DNA of 55,779 nt, filler included, from Porpidia crustulata (Eukaryota), in the NCBI GenBank assembly GCA_964255105.1. It is 5 parts of 5 records of this genome, joined end to end, with 100 filler letters (N's around TTAATTAATTAA, not from the genome) between each part and the next. Parts side by side here need not be neighbours in the genome. Positions count along the whole stretch, not along the records: positions 1 to 11,097 come from CAXUWE010000695.1; positions 11,198 to 22,272 come from CAXUWE010000696.1; 3 more parts are not named here. One strand, 5' to 3'. The notes under the pieces were generated by a model. That model was not told where the DNA came from and ran no database searches. It saw only the letters and a list, made by a program, of their open reading frames with translations. Below, one piece after another: positions 1 through 11,599 of this stretch (position 1 is its first letter; every line of letters starts with the position of its first letter). The translations under genes and the position numbers were made by a program.

Positions 1-36
1 TACACACACTTATACACACACTTATACACACACACC
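1..36. repeat. CA-rich tandem repeat (about 3 copies of TATACACACACT) at the contig end
   Basis: Sequence reads tacacacact-tatacacacact-tatacacacacacc. Confidence 0.8.
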
Positions 37-367
37 TCATAACCTAAAACAAACAAATCCAAAAACACATCCAAAAGCATATCTACATCTATAGTCTAAA
101 ACTCCCGTCTCGACGTGAAATATCTACAACTGTTCTGATCAAATCGTGCAAGAAGAACAAAGAATTCGTCCGATGCTCGTTAGATACAAATGGGGCTGAA
201 AAACGCCCGCGATGGGGGGGTATAATGCTGTTGCGAGACGGAATAGGTGAACGGTGTGGAGGTGTGGGGTGGCAGGTGGAAAAGGTATGTGAAGATGAGG
301 TCGTTTTCGTGAGGCCGAGGGTGTGGGCCGATTTCTCCAGGGTTGTGATCGGTGGCTACCGTCACAA

Positions 368-1917
368 TCAAACCTGCCTGATACATTCGCGGATACTCTC
401 CGCCTTATTTTCATTCCCCTCTTCGATCCTATACTCCATCGTCCTCACAATCTTGCTCTCCGGGATCTCCCCACCGTTGTACATAATAAATTCCTCGCTG
501 CCCCCGTCGCCCGGCTGGAACCCCGAGGGACGCTTGCTGCCGCCCTTGACCGAGGCGATATACGAGCTGGGTTTGGTGCCTTTGCCTTCGGAGCCGGGGA
601 CGAGTTTGCGCACGTCGAAGTTCTTGAGCTCTTGGCTGCGGCCGCCTTGGGAGCCGGGTTTGTGGTACTTGCGGCCGCCGCTGGCGTATTGGTCGCCGGT
701 GGAGAGGCCGAGGAGGGAGGGGAAGTATTGGCGGACGATGGGGCGGACGGCGGGGATGGAGCCGCCAAAAATGCTCATGTTGAGTTCGATGATGCACCAG
801 AGTAGGGCGTTGGTGGTGTCGTCTATTGAACGTTAACCTTTGGTTCGAGTCCAGAGTAGTGCAACGTACAAGTCAGATCGGTACTTCGTAATAGCTGGTA
901 GAGCGAGGCTAGCCGAACAATACTGATGATACACACAAATCCACCCGTCGTTAAGACAGCTACCACCCCTATTTTCTGTTTGAGAGGGAGCTGAAGCTTC
1001 CGTATGAGTGGCCTGGTCGTCCAATCAGCTTCGCCTTGGCGAGGATTTTCATCACTCACATTGGTAATAATAGGGTGACGAAATCAGTGAATATTCCAAG
1101 GCCAGCATTGGCAAAGTAAAGGATCGGCCGGTTAATGCAGGTTCCTGTCAGGATGGTGACATCCCATGACTTTGCAATGGGGTTGCAACTGAAGATATTT
1201 GCAAATATGGTCGCGAGGTTGTAGCCAACTACGAAAAACGCTGCGATCCACACAGCGATCCTGAAGGTCCTGCCCGGGAAAATACGTAGGTAGAAGAGCA
1301 AAATTGAAGATTTTGAGGAAGCCGTGGCAGCGCAGTATATGATCGCAGCAAGAAGGTTCCACTTTGACATGCACGTCAGCAATTGGGAATCGCCGTCGCG
1401 TCACAGAAAGAGCAGAAAAGTACGGACCCTAAGGAATCCGGGCGAAAGAGACGTCAGGGGAACATCCCACATATGTGTGGCAAGTCCGTAGTTCAGCACT
1501 ATTCGATTTCTTAGACATGCGCAATCGGTACGGACATGGAAAACTTACGATCCATCGTGAATGCGCTTAAAATGATTGACAAAATCTACATCCGAGGTCA
1601 GACATGAGACACCACAGAGTAATGAGTGTGAGGCTAATCCGGAGGATTAACGGACCAACGCGAGGACCATGATATCTGCAGCCCAAGGGATCAGCAATCT
1701 CCGCTTTCCCGGCAACATTGAACTTACAATCATCTGCTGCAAAACTTCGTTGGATGACAACCCTCGTGTAGGCCCGCAACACGACGACGATGACGGCCAG
1801 TCCGAGGAAGACGGCACTGATTGCTATGAATCTGGCGCCATCGTACGCCGGGTCGACAAAGTTGGAGGTCACGCCCGGTGGTGGCTTGCCTGCGGGAATA
1901 ATGGCTGTCGAAGCCAT
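368..1917 (-). CDS. PTH11-like / fungal rhodopsin-domain integral membrane protein (no CFEM), 7 exons
   Basis: ATG at 1917. Six GT-AG introns join into one frame: MASTAIIPAGKPPPGVTSNFVDP...LRAYTR...ADDY...GLATHMWDVP...KSSILLFYLRIF...SCNPIAKSWD...TDFVTLLLPMPLIRKLQLPLKQK...SIVRL...WCIIELNMSIFGGSIP. These are hallmark motifs of the family. TGA at 368-370. Confidence 0.9.
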
Positions 1918-3694
1918 CAAAATCAATCCGCCGAGGGCAGCCAAAGGATGTGAAACAGGTCAAAAGTGAATCGTAAATCAACACGGAAATGTTGCTGGAT
2001 TTGTCCTCGAGGGCTGAAGGAAGCTGCGACCACGGAGGTGTTGAGTCGGTTTGGGACATTGACATGGCGAGTACTTAACCTAACGGTCTGATGGCAGGGA
2101 AATGTGGAGACACCACAGGCCTGTGTGGTCCATGGGCCGGGACGTATTCCGCTGGAGCCGTGAGCTTGAGGAGTCAAAGAGCCAGGGAATAGGACGGAAA
2201 AGGAGCATTCACCCCCAGGCAGCGCACGACGTTTGGCTGAAACAGGCGTAAAATGTGGTGATAGTGACATCCACATGGAGCGAGGCGTCTGGATCCTTGC
2301 GCCCATACCACGAGTGAATAATTCAAGTAATCATAGATAATTCCGGCCAATGGCGTGCCAGGATGCAGATGGACTGATGGAGTCAAGTGCAGCCGGCTAA
2401 TTAGGGTTGGAGGCTGGAGGCTTTGACGGACCGGTTGGAGCTGTTTAGCAGCCTCTTTCCACTCTGCCCACCAGGCTATCGTTATGACCTGTAATTGATA
2501 ATTGATAATGATAAATAAAATTTCCTCGCTTTTAATCTAGTAACAGCACTTAGTATAATAGTATCCTAGTCGCGTTCGTCGTAGTTAGTCAACCCCATAA
2601 TTCCTACTATGTAATTTCGCAGATATGTTTTAGATTAAAAATCTTGTTATTGCTGCCGCGCTTGTGGGATCGCGTACCAATAATTTCCAGGAACCAGACA
2701 CCTTGCGCAACACATCCTCGGGGAAATGAGATCTTCTGCTGGAAATGTGCCGGAGCGAACGTGAGGCTGATGTCTCGTGGTTGGAGTACATTTAATACTC
2801 ACTACCCTAAAAGCAGTACTATTGCGATTGACAGGCGACGTTGGACGTCCAAACAGCTATCTCTCATATCTGCCATGGTTGAGAGTTGGGACGTTTCCCT
2901 TCGGCCTCGCTGACCGTTCCACAACTTCAATTCCAACTCCACTTCCACTTCCACATCTCCTGGCTTCCCTCCGGCCCTCGCGGGTACCGTGGTCCGGATC
3001 AGCTAATCGATGAAGTAGCCAATGAAAGAATGGATTGTGTCGTAGCTGGTAGATCTTGCGTACGAGGAGATGCCGAGGATAAATGGGCAGAGTACCCTAC
3101 TACTAGATACCATAATCGCCGGGCCGGGATAGCTGCAGGTGCGCTTATGCAGTGTCAAACTGTGTTTCCCCTCGCCCACGATGATCGTGTAGATGACTAT
3201 TCCACCTACGGTCTAGTGTATTACTAAATCTCCACCGTCTAGAATCAAGATTGAACGAACAGACTCAGAAAGTGCATGGAACGCATAGAACGATCCTAAT
3301 TGCCACATGGTACTATCGCCCACAGGCGTTCGGGCATTCTGCGTGCCTGGCCAGTCTTGATGCATAAGAAAACGGCCTTTCGTATGTCTGGGCCGTGGGG
3401 TGATCGTCGTCGGACAGGTCACTACTTTTTCATCATGGCCTCATAGGTAGGCTTAAGAGAGTTGAGACCTGCGTCGGGAGGGGCAAACGGTTAGGAGAAT
3501 TGGGGAAATGGGGACAATCAGTTGATGCTGCTAATCCACAACTACCGAAATGCTAAGGTAGGTACAGACAAGCACACACGGCTCGTACTTAGGTTAGTAG
3601 TCTGAAAAAACATGACCCAGGATTGTTTCCCAGCAGTTACATAAAAGGGATCAAGCTGCTATTTCACCCCCAGTAGAATCTGGTAGTGACCAAC

Positions 3695-5442
3695 ATGCGT
3701 CCCTCCACTGTTTTGCGTCTTCTTGCGCCTTTCATTCCCCTGCTCCCCGCTACTGGCGCAAGCGAACCCGCATCATCATCACGCAATTCTCTCCGTGTCG
3801 TCTCGAGGCGCAACACCGGTCCAGATAATGTGGCATGTCAGGCTCTCACTAAACAGTACAACGCAAATCATGTCTTCTATGAGGGCACCGATGTGTACAA
3901 CTATGAGAATTCCCATCGGGAGTTTTGGTCCAACACAGAGATCCTGTCGCCGTCATGTGTCTTCCGTCCCACCAGCACCGATCAAATCGCCGGAGCTGTC
4001 AAGATTCTCACCAAAACCAACATGAAGTTTGCCGTCAGAAGCGGCGGGCATATGGGTATAAAGGTAGTACCACCATGACTTTTACAAAAAACTGGCTTGG
4101 GAGAAAGAAGAGAGGCTGATAGAAGAATGTGCAGGGCGCGAATAATATCGACGATGGCGTTCTCGTGGTCATGTCAAACATGACAGTCTTGGCCCTTTCC
4201 AAGGCTGATACCGTACTCTCGATTGGACCATCATACCGGTGCGTAAAAGCAATACAATAGCCACGACTCCAGACTAACGTGATCAGATGGGTTGACGTCT
4301 ACTCATTCCTCGAGCCCAAAGGTCTGGTCGTATCAGGTGGTCGCTTGGCACCAATTGGAGTGCCTGGACTTCTGTTGGGTGCTGGAATCAGCTTCTACGG
4401 CAATCAATATGGCTTCTCGTGTGACAATGTCATCAACTACGAGATCGTTCTAGCCGACGGCTCCGTGGAGAACGCCAACGCGAAGGACAACTCGGACCTC
4501 TTCTGGGCTCTCAAGGGTGGAAGCAGCAATTTCGGAATCGTTACTAGGTTCGATGTGCAAACTTTCAAATCGCCTAAAATATGGGCCGGAGTTTACTCGG
4601 TTGCGGAGCAGTACATTCCACAATTCATCGCTGCCATAGCCAATTATTCAGCCAGCGGTATCAATGACCCGCTGTCCGGGCTCGTCCCTGCCGTGGTCTC
4701 GGGAAGCCCCAATGTCGCTGCAGCCATCATATTTTACGACAGCGCGACCATAAGCTATCCAGACTGCTTCAAGGCGTTCACCGACATTCCTTCGATTGGG
4801 AACAGTTTGGCGTTCAAAACCCTGACTAAGTTTACCGAAGAAACCGGAGCATTGGTCGTTCCTGCGGTCAAGTAAGCCTGCCGTTTCGTAGACCCACGGG
4901 TAGACATCACTGACTATTTGTCTAGCGACGTCTTCGCTTCCGGTACCATGGTCGGTAAAACCTACAAAGATCTTCTCAAAGGTATCAGCCTCATCAACAC
5001 CACCTTCTTTAACGAAGTGCCCTCCCTGCGCGCCCAGATTCCTGCCGCCAACATCACTATCATCGAGATCGATTGGGAGCCAATCGGCTCGCTATGGCTC
5101 AAAGCCTCTGCGGCTCGAGGCGGTAATGCCCTAGGTCTGGATCCGGCCAAGGGCACGTACGTGTGCTATGCACAGGTGGTTGAATGGACTGGAGCGCAGT
5201 ACAACAACGCCGCGTACAGTTGGGTCGCGAGTACGGCCAAGAAGATTGATGATGCGCTCAAGGCGGCTGGTTTATATGATCCGTTTCATTACATGGGCGA
5301 TTCCGCAGGTTTCCAGATTCCCGGATACTACAATGGCTATGGGGCGGCGAACGCTGCCAAATTGCTGTCCATCTCCAAGAAGTATGACCCGCACAGGGTA
5401 TTCCAGAATCTGATGCCTGGAGGCTTCAAGATTGGGGCATAA
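3695..5442 (+). CDS. Secreted FAD-binding oxidoreductase (PCMH-type, BBE/VAO-like), 4 exons
   Basis: Hydrophobic signal-like N-terminus; PSCVFRP; FAVRSGGH (His is the covalent-FAD site in this family); GVPGLLLGAGIS; DLFWALKGGSSNFGIVTRF; KYDPHRVFQNLMPGGFK. Introns at about 4064-4134, 4239-4286 and 4872-4925. Confidence 0.93.
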
Positions 5443-6004
5443 GACTGCCCAGCTCGGCTTAACGGCATGAGCTTACAGACAATGCTCGCGGAGAGCTGCA
5501 TATGATCTGTACATATTATGATTTTTACTATATTTCACAGAATAGATATATAAATGACAATCACGAAGCCTGAAAGCAAGATACGAGTCTGTATGCACAA
5601 TTATAATGTAAGACTGCCGCGCTAAGTACTTGTACTTATGGCTTGCATAAAATAATGAATGAGGCCAATAGGCATCTTCGGACCGCCACTTCAGAACTAT
5701 TGACCGCTTCTTCAAGTCCCATCCCCATTGAATTGTATTGTGCGTGTCGTTTGTTGGACTGCAAATCTTAGGTATCATCATGCCATCCACAGGCTTTTGC
5801 TCGTCGAATCTCGCTTGTTCATCTCATTCATCTCATGCAAGGGCTGACCTGCTGAATCTCCGTCGCTGAACGTGAACATTTAAATGATCATTCGCCCCAA
5901 CCGTATGTGAAAACTGCAATCGCGACTTCGCCTACTGGCCTCAGTAATAGTCAAGTCTGTGTAGGAGTGAGGCTGTTCTATAGATCTACTCTGCTTGGGA
6001 GATC

Positions 6005-9000
6005 ATGGCCACATACGGCAGTCACTTGGTGGTTCAGAATGGTCAAAGGCCCGACTTCCTCCAAGAAGGAATCAATTTTACTCATCATCGGATTTGGGTA
6101 CGATGTGCTATGGCGTTTCCTCGAGACTTCGCACTCCTAATCCGGTGCGTTTGTACAGGTTCAAGAATGGAGTTCCACAGATGGGTTCCCTCTATCCATC
6201 TCTGCCATTTCATCTGTTATCGCTCTCCTTGTCTTGACTCTTAATTTGCTGCGACCCTTACTATATCTTCGCCCGAAATGGACAAGACCTTTCGTCCAGG
6301 AATTCAGTGCACAGCATGAAGTGTCAGAGCCGTATGCCAAGAAACTTTACAGTCCACCTGCCATTGCTCTACTTATGACATGTCTTGCTGGATTCACCAT
6401 CCAGCTAGTGACAGCATTCCATCCATCTCGGCAAGTTGCAGCGCTATATTTTGTCTTGTCTTGGGTATTGTACTCCTTTCTGAGACAGTACTGCTACTCA
6501 CGAGGCTATACAGGCAATAGCATGCCTCATCGCTGCTATCGATCGCCCAAGGACTGCTCCTATTGGGCTACTTACTATCATATTTGGACTTCTGACCGTC
6601 AAAATTGTCATTCTAGCGGACGCTCGATTTCGGTCGTTTGTTCTATATATCCCCACGATCCTTGAACTACTCACCGCACTTGGTGTCGTTATGATCATAC
6701 TTCGTATGCCGTTACGGGACCCTAGGCTGCCACGTGCAGAAATCAGCAAGCCATTCGAGCAGCCTACGCATCAACTCCGGACACCAGAGGATAATATTAC
6801 TCTATGGCAATTCTTAACCATCTCGTGGATGTCGCCTCTTATATCCTTAGCGTCATCAAGGCAATTGAATGATGAAGATGTCTGGAGCCTTGGGTTCGAG
6901 TTTCAGCATAGGAAGCTCCATACGAAATTTAGGGAGCTACAGGGCTCAGTTGTACGACGACTACTTGTAGCCAATGGTCTTGACTGTGCGATTACCACAC
7001 TTCTGGATGCTATAGAACTGGTAGCGAGTAAGTGAAGGGCATTTGATGTGTACTTTCTAATAGAGCTAGCTAAATTTCATTATCAGATTACGCTTCTCCT
7101 ATATTACTACAACAACTACTTCGTTCTATGCAGAATTCTAAATCGCTCAAGACCAGTGCCATTATATACGCCGTGCTTCGATTAGTCATACGACTTGTTG
7201 GCGCTCAGTCTTACGCATTAAAGCTTTGGTATAGTAGACGTGCCTATGAGAGATCAAGAGGGGAGATGATCACCATGCTTTACGAAAAGACCTTATCTAG
7301 GAAGATTATTGGTACCCATGAAGAGTCGACGCAAACTACCGATAAACATGTTGATGATACTCTGCAAGGACCGATGAAGGCAATGAGATATCCTAGGATT
7401 TTTTGGATGAGGATGTCAGGCTGGATAAGCGGACCATCGCGAGCAAAGGAAGAGATTGTCAAGCAGCCTGCGTCAATGGGCAAAATCCTCAACTTGATGC
7501 GGTAGGATAACCGATGTTCTTTGTAGTAATATTCTAACATTACCTTCAGCAACGATGTCTACGAAGTCGCACAAAGGTAGGACCTCTTATCTTCTCCTAT
7601 TATACTTACTAACGAATGCAACACGAGGTTTTGGGAGTTTCCAAGCTTCATCACCAAACCACTCGGATTGGTACTATCTGTAGTACTGATTTGGAGGCTC
7701 ATCGGATGGCCGTGTCTTATAGGAGTCCTGACGGTATTTGTAGCCCAAGCGGTGAATGCTCTGATCACCCGCATAATGCTACGCTGGGAGAGAAAGCGCA
7801 GAGCAGCTACCGACAGCAGACTCCAGAAAACCAACCAATTTGTCGAAGCTATTCGGCATCTTCGCTGGTACGGCTGGCAGGATCATTGGAAGAACCAGAT
7901 AATGGAATCCAGGCAGCAAGAATTGAGATGCATTCTGATTAGCCGGATTTGGGGAATCATGATCGACTTCACTAACAATATTGCTAGTGGTATGTTTCCA
8001 GTTGTTGCCTTTTATGCGTATACGGTTTTAGCAGGCCAACCGCTACGGGTCGACATCGCTTTCCCGGCTCTGCAGCTATTCACAATGCTTGAAAACAATC
8101 TTCGTGACATACCCGATTTGATAACAATCATATTGAACGCCTATATTGCCGTCGGTCGTATAGAGGATTTTATGAGTGAGCCCGACAAAGCTGAGACGAC
8201 AGTACCGTCAGCCTCAAAGGCAACGCAATTCATTTTGCGGAATGCCTCTTTTGCTTGGCCGGGGACCTCTCATACGGTGCTCCATGAAATAAATCTGAGC
8301 TTTCCCGTCGGCTTGACTGTTGTTTGCGGTAAGGTCGCCGCCGGCAAGACGGCTTTGCTGCAGGCCTTACTTGGCGAGCTCGACAAAGTGAGCGGCGACA
8401 TCGTTCGACCAACCGATATGATTGGTTACTGCGCCCAGACGCCTTGGCTGCAAAGTATGAGTATAAGGGACAACATTCTCTTCTCATCTCCGCATGAGGA
8501 AGCTCGCTACAAGCAAATTTTGAATAGCTGCGCTTTGAATGACGATCTCGTGGGCTTCAAACACGGCGACCTATCTAGTATTGGAGAAAATGGTATTGGT
8601 CTATCAGGCGGCCAAAGAGCTCGCGTAGCACTTGCGAGAGCGTTGTATAGTCGAGCACAAATTCTTCTTCTCGACGATCCGTTGTCAGCGCTAGATCATG
8701 ATACAGCGGAGACCGTCATGCGGAGATGTTTTGGAGGGGCTTTGCTGCAAGACAGAACGGTAGTTCTTGTTACCCATCGCACCGAGCTATGCCACGGTCT
8801 GGCGAGCCAGATCGTTGAGGTCACAGAAGGAAAAGCCCATTTAATCGACGCGCAAGCTTCAATGCCAGAGTATTTGAGCAGAGTGCAATCTCATCAGTCA
8901 ACCGAAATGGATCAGAGTGAAAATCCAAACCAGGACAAAGATGAGATTGCAGACAAGTTCATGGAAGACGAGCATCGGGCACATGGTGGTGTCAAAGCTT

Positions 9001-10881
9001 CCATCTATTGGGTATACATCAAAGCAGGAAAACTTAAGTGGTGGGCGATTTCGATCTGCATCTTGGTGGTCTATCGCCTGATCACTATTGCGGAGACTTG
9101 GTTCCTTAAACAATGGGGTGAGGCCTACGATAAGCCTTCTGGGGAGAATTCATCAGGTCTCTTTGATAGGCTACCATCGCCCGAATCTAACATCAGACCA
9201 TGGTTACTTGGGTTCTTCCTCCTGGCTGTCGGTCAGTCTGTCATGTTGATAATTTCTCAAGGCTTCTTGCAAGTCATCATCCTCTCTGCAGCAAGCCAGA
9301 TGTTCAGAGACATTATGGAAAGTGTGAGCCACGCGACGTTTCGCTTCTACGACGTTACGCCGATTGGGCGATTAATGAATCGGCTGACATCCGATATTGG
9401 TACTGTCGATGGTGGTATAAGCGAGCAATTCAGCGGTGCTGTTTGGCTTTCCATATACTGGGTGTCCTCACTGGTTGTGATTGCATCAGTTACACCAGTC
9501 TTTCTGATTTTCTCTCTGACCTTGACTGTGTCGTTTGTACTTATCTTCCTCAAGTATCTGCCTACATCACAAAGTCTGCGTCGCCTTGAGATGGTATCAT
9601 TGAGTCCGTTGATGTCAAACTTTGGTGCTCTATTAGAGGGTTTAACGACCGTCCGCGCATTCTGTGCGCAGAGCCGGTTTCAAGACCGGGTCATCACTGT
9701 CGTTGACGCATTTCAGAAGATGGATCATTTCTACTGGAGTCTACAAGCATGGATCACATATCGACTTGATATTCTCTCGGCCTTTTCCACCCTGGTACTG
9801 ACATTGATTGCAATCTACACGAACACGTCAGCTGGTCTTACAGCGTTCGTTTTGAATGCATCCGCCAGCTTCGTCTTTGCCACACACGCTCTCTGCAGGA
9901 AGTACGGCGACTTGCAAATGGATTTTGTCTCTGTAGAAAGAGTGGTTGAGTTACTGGATCTGGATCAAGAACTACCTGGGGCTGTCGACCCGCCAGCGAG
10001 GTGGCCCTCTTCTAACGGTGACATTGTCTTTGAAGATGTCACAATCCGATATGCGCCGCACCTCGACCCAGTCCTACAAAATGTGTCTCTACGTATCCCG
10101 GGAGGATCTACTACTGCCATACTGGGACGGACCGGATCCGGTAAAAGCACTCTGGCTCTTACCGTCCTCGCCACTGTCCTTCCAGAATCTGGTCGCATTA
10201 TCATCGACAACATCCCAATTTCTACCGTCAATATCCAAGCCTTGCGTAACCGTATCACCTTCCTCCCACAAGATCCGGTCCTCTTCCCCGGCACGATGCG
10301 CCAGAACCTCGATCCCCTTGAAGAGTATTCCGAGGACGCTTGTGAAGCCGTTCTTGCCCGTGTCTGTGGCACTTATGACTGGACATTGAGTACTCATATC
10401 GACACTGGTGGTAAAAATCTAAGCCAGGGCCAGAGACAATTGGTTGGGCTGGCAAGAGCTGTTCTGAGAAGGAGTGCTATCGTTATTATGGATGAGGTAT
10501 GTCATGGTCTCGAATCTAACGTCTCCCGGTCAAATCCAATCCTCACTTTTCCCGCGCACCCCTTATTCCAATGTCTCTTCCCTACTATATCTCCAGTTCA
10601 ACTCTCCAAGCTCCGTCAGCCATTCCTTTTCCACACCCTCTCCCGTATCATCTGCATAAAAAGTCAAAGTTAAAGCCCCTCACCAATCCTAGGCAACCGC
10701 CTCAATCGACCACGAAACTTCCCTCCGTATCCAGCAAGTCCTCCGCGAGGAACTCACATCCAGTACCGTCATCACAATCGCGCACAGACTCGAAGCGGTC
10801 AAGGACGCGAGTTTCCGGGTTGTGCTCCGCGAAGGGAGGGTCGTTGAGAGTGGGTCTACTTCTGATGCGGAGGGAAGTTGA
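6005..10881 (+). CDS. ABCC (MRP/YBT1-like) full-size ABC transporter, 7 exons
   Basis: TMD-NBD-TMD-NBD layout. NBD1 has GKVAAGKT, LSGGQ and LLLDD. NBD2 has GRTGSGKS, LSQGQ, IVIMDE|ATASID and TIAHRL. The start at 6005 is inferred via intron 6098-6158. Last exon is 10693-10881. Confidence 0.93.
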
Positions 10882-11097
10882 AAGGTAGATAGCTGGGAGC
10901 GATTAGAAGGGGCATGGATTGGAGGGTATAGATGGGTTAGAACTTCGCTAAATGCTGGAGATGTCGCTGGTGGAGATTTCTGGTTGCGATACAATCTCCT
11001 TCGATAGTCCTCTCCACCTTGAGCATAATGATTGCAATGTCTCAATGTCGTTTCAGAGGCCGATGTGATTGTTCAGCATCTTTGACCATTGATAACC

Positions 11098-11197
11098 NNN
11101 NNNNNNNNNNNNNNNNNNNNNNNNNNNNNNNNNNNNNNNNNTTAATTAATTAANNNNNNNNNNNNNNNNNNNNNNNNNNNNNNNNNNNNNNNNNNNN
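11098..11197. other. Artificial contig-join spacer
   Basis: 44 N, then TTAATTAATTAA (11142-11153; stop codons in all six frames), then 44 N. Confidence 0.98.
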
Positions 11198-11599
11198 GTT
11201 TTATGGTGGATGAGGTGCCGAGCTTTGTGGATGAGCCGCCGGAGGTGGGGAAGGTGCAGGAGGTGGCAAGGTGAGAGGTTGGGAATGGGTCGATGAGAGC
11301 ATAGCGTTTGTCAGGCATTTCATCGGGCGTTCGGGGAGGCTTTATGCATACTACGGACGAAATGGCTTTACGAGGTAGTCATTGTATCGCCCATGTGCAA
11401 CAAAATTGACTCTGGCGGCTTTGGATTGCTCACTTACAGATTTATCCATCCACCGAGATGTTGATCTTTACAGATGACCACTTCTCGGGCACAGGTTAGG
11501 ATTATGTATTTCAAGAGGTATTCGTTCAAGCGATTGACTCCGCCGTCCCGTACACTTTCAAGGCCGTCTGCAGATACGTCTGTACACCGGTAATACAAC

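Noticed and set aside
225..836. Long antisense ORFs (225-836; also 11706-12248, 33561-34033 and 39514-40281)
   Set aside because: These are shadow frames of real genes in GC-rich, skewed tracts and show no independent motifs.
794..863. tRNA-like element: perfect B-box GGTTCGAGTCC (842-852) in a T-arm-like hairpin
   Set aside because: The acceptor stem pairs only about 5 of 7, there is no proper anticodon arm, and the 5' half is the antisense of a coding exon. tRNAscan-SE would settle it.
1930..2975. Short inverted similarity (translations FHILWLPS and FHISWLPS) at about 1930-1955 and 2949-2975
   Set aside because: About 25 bp with several mismatches and no target-site duplication or transposase. 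Compatible with chance.
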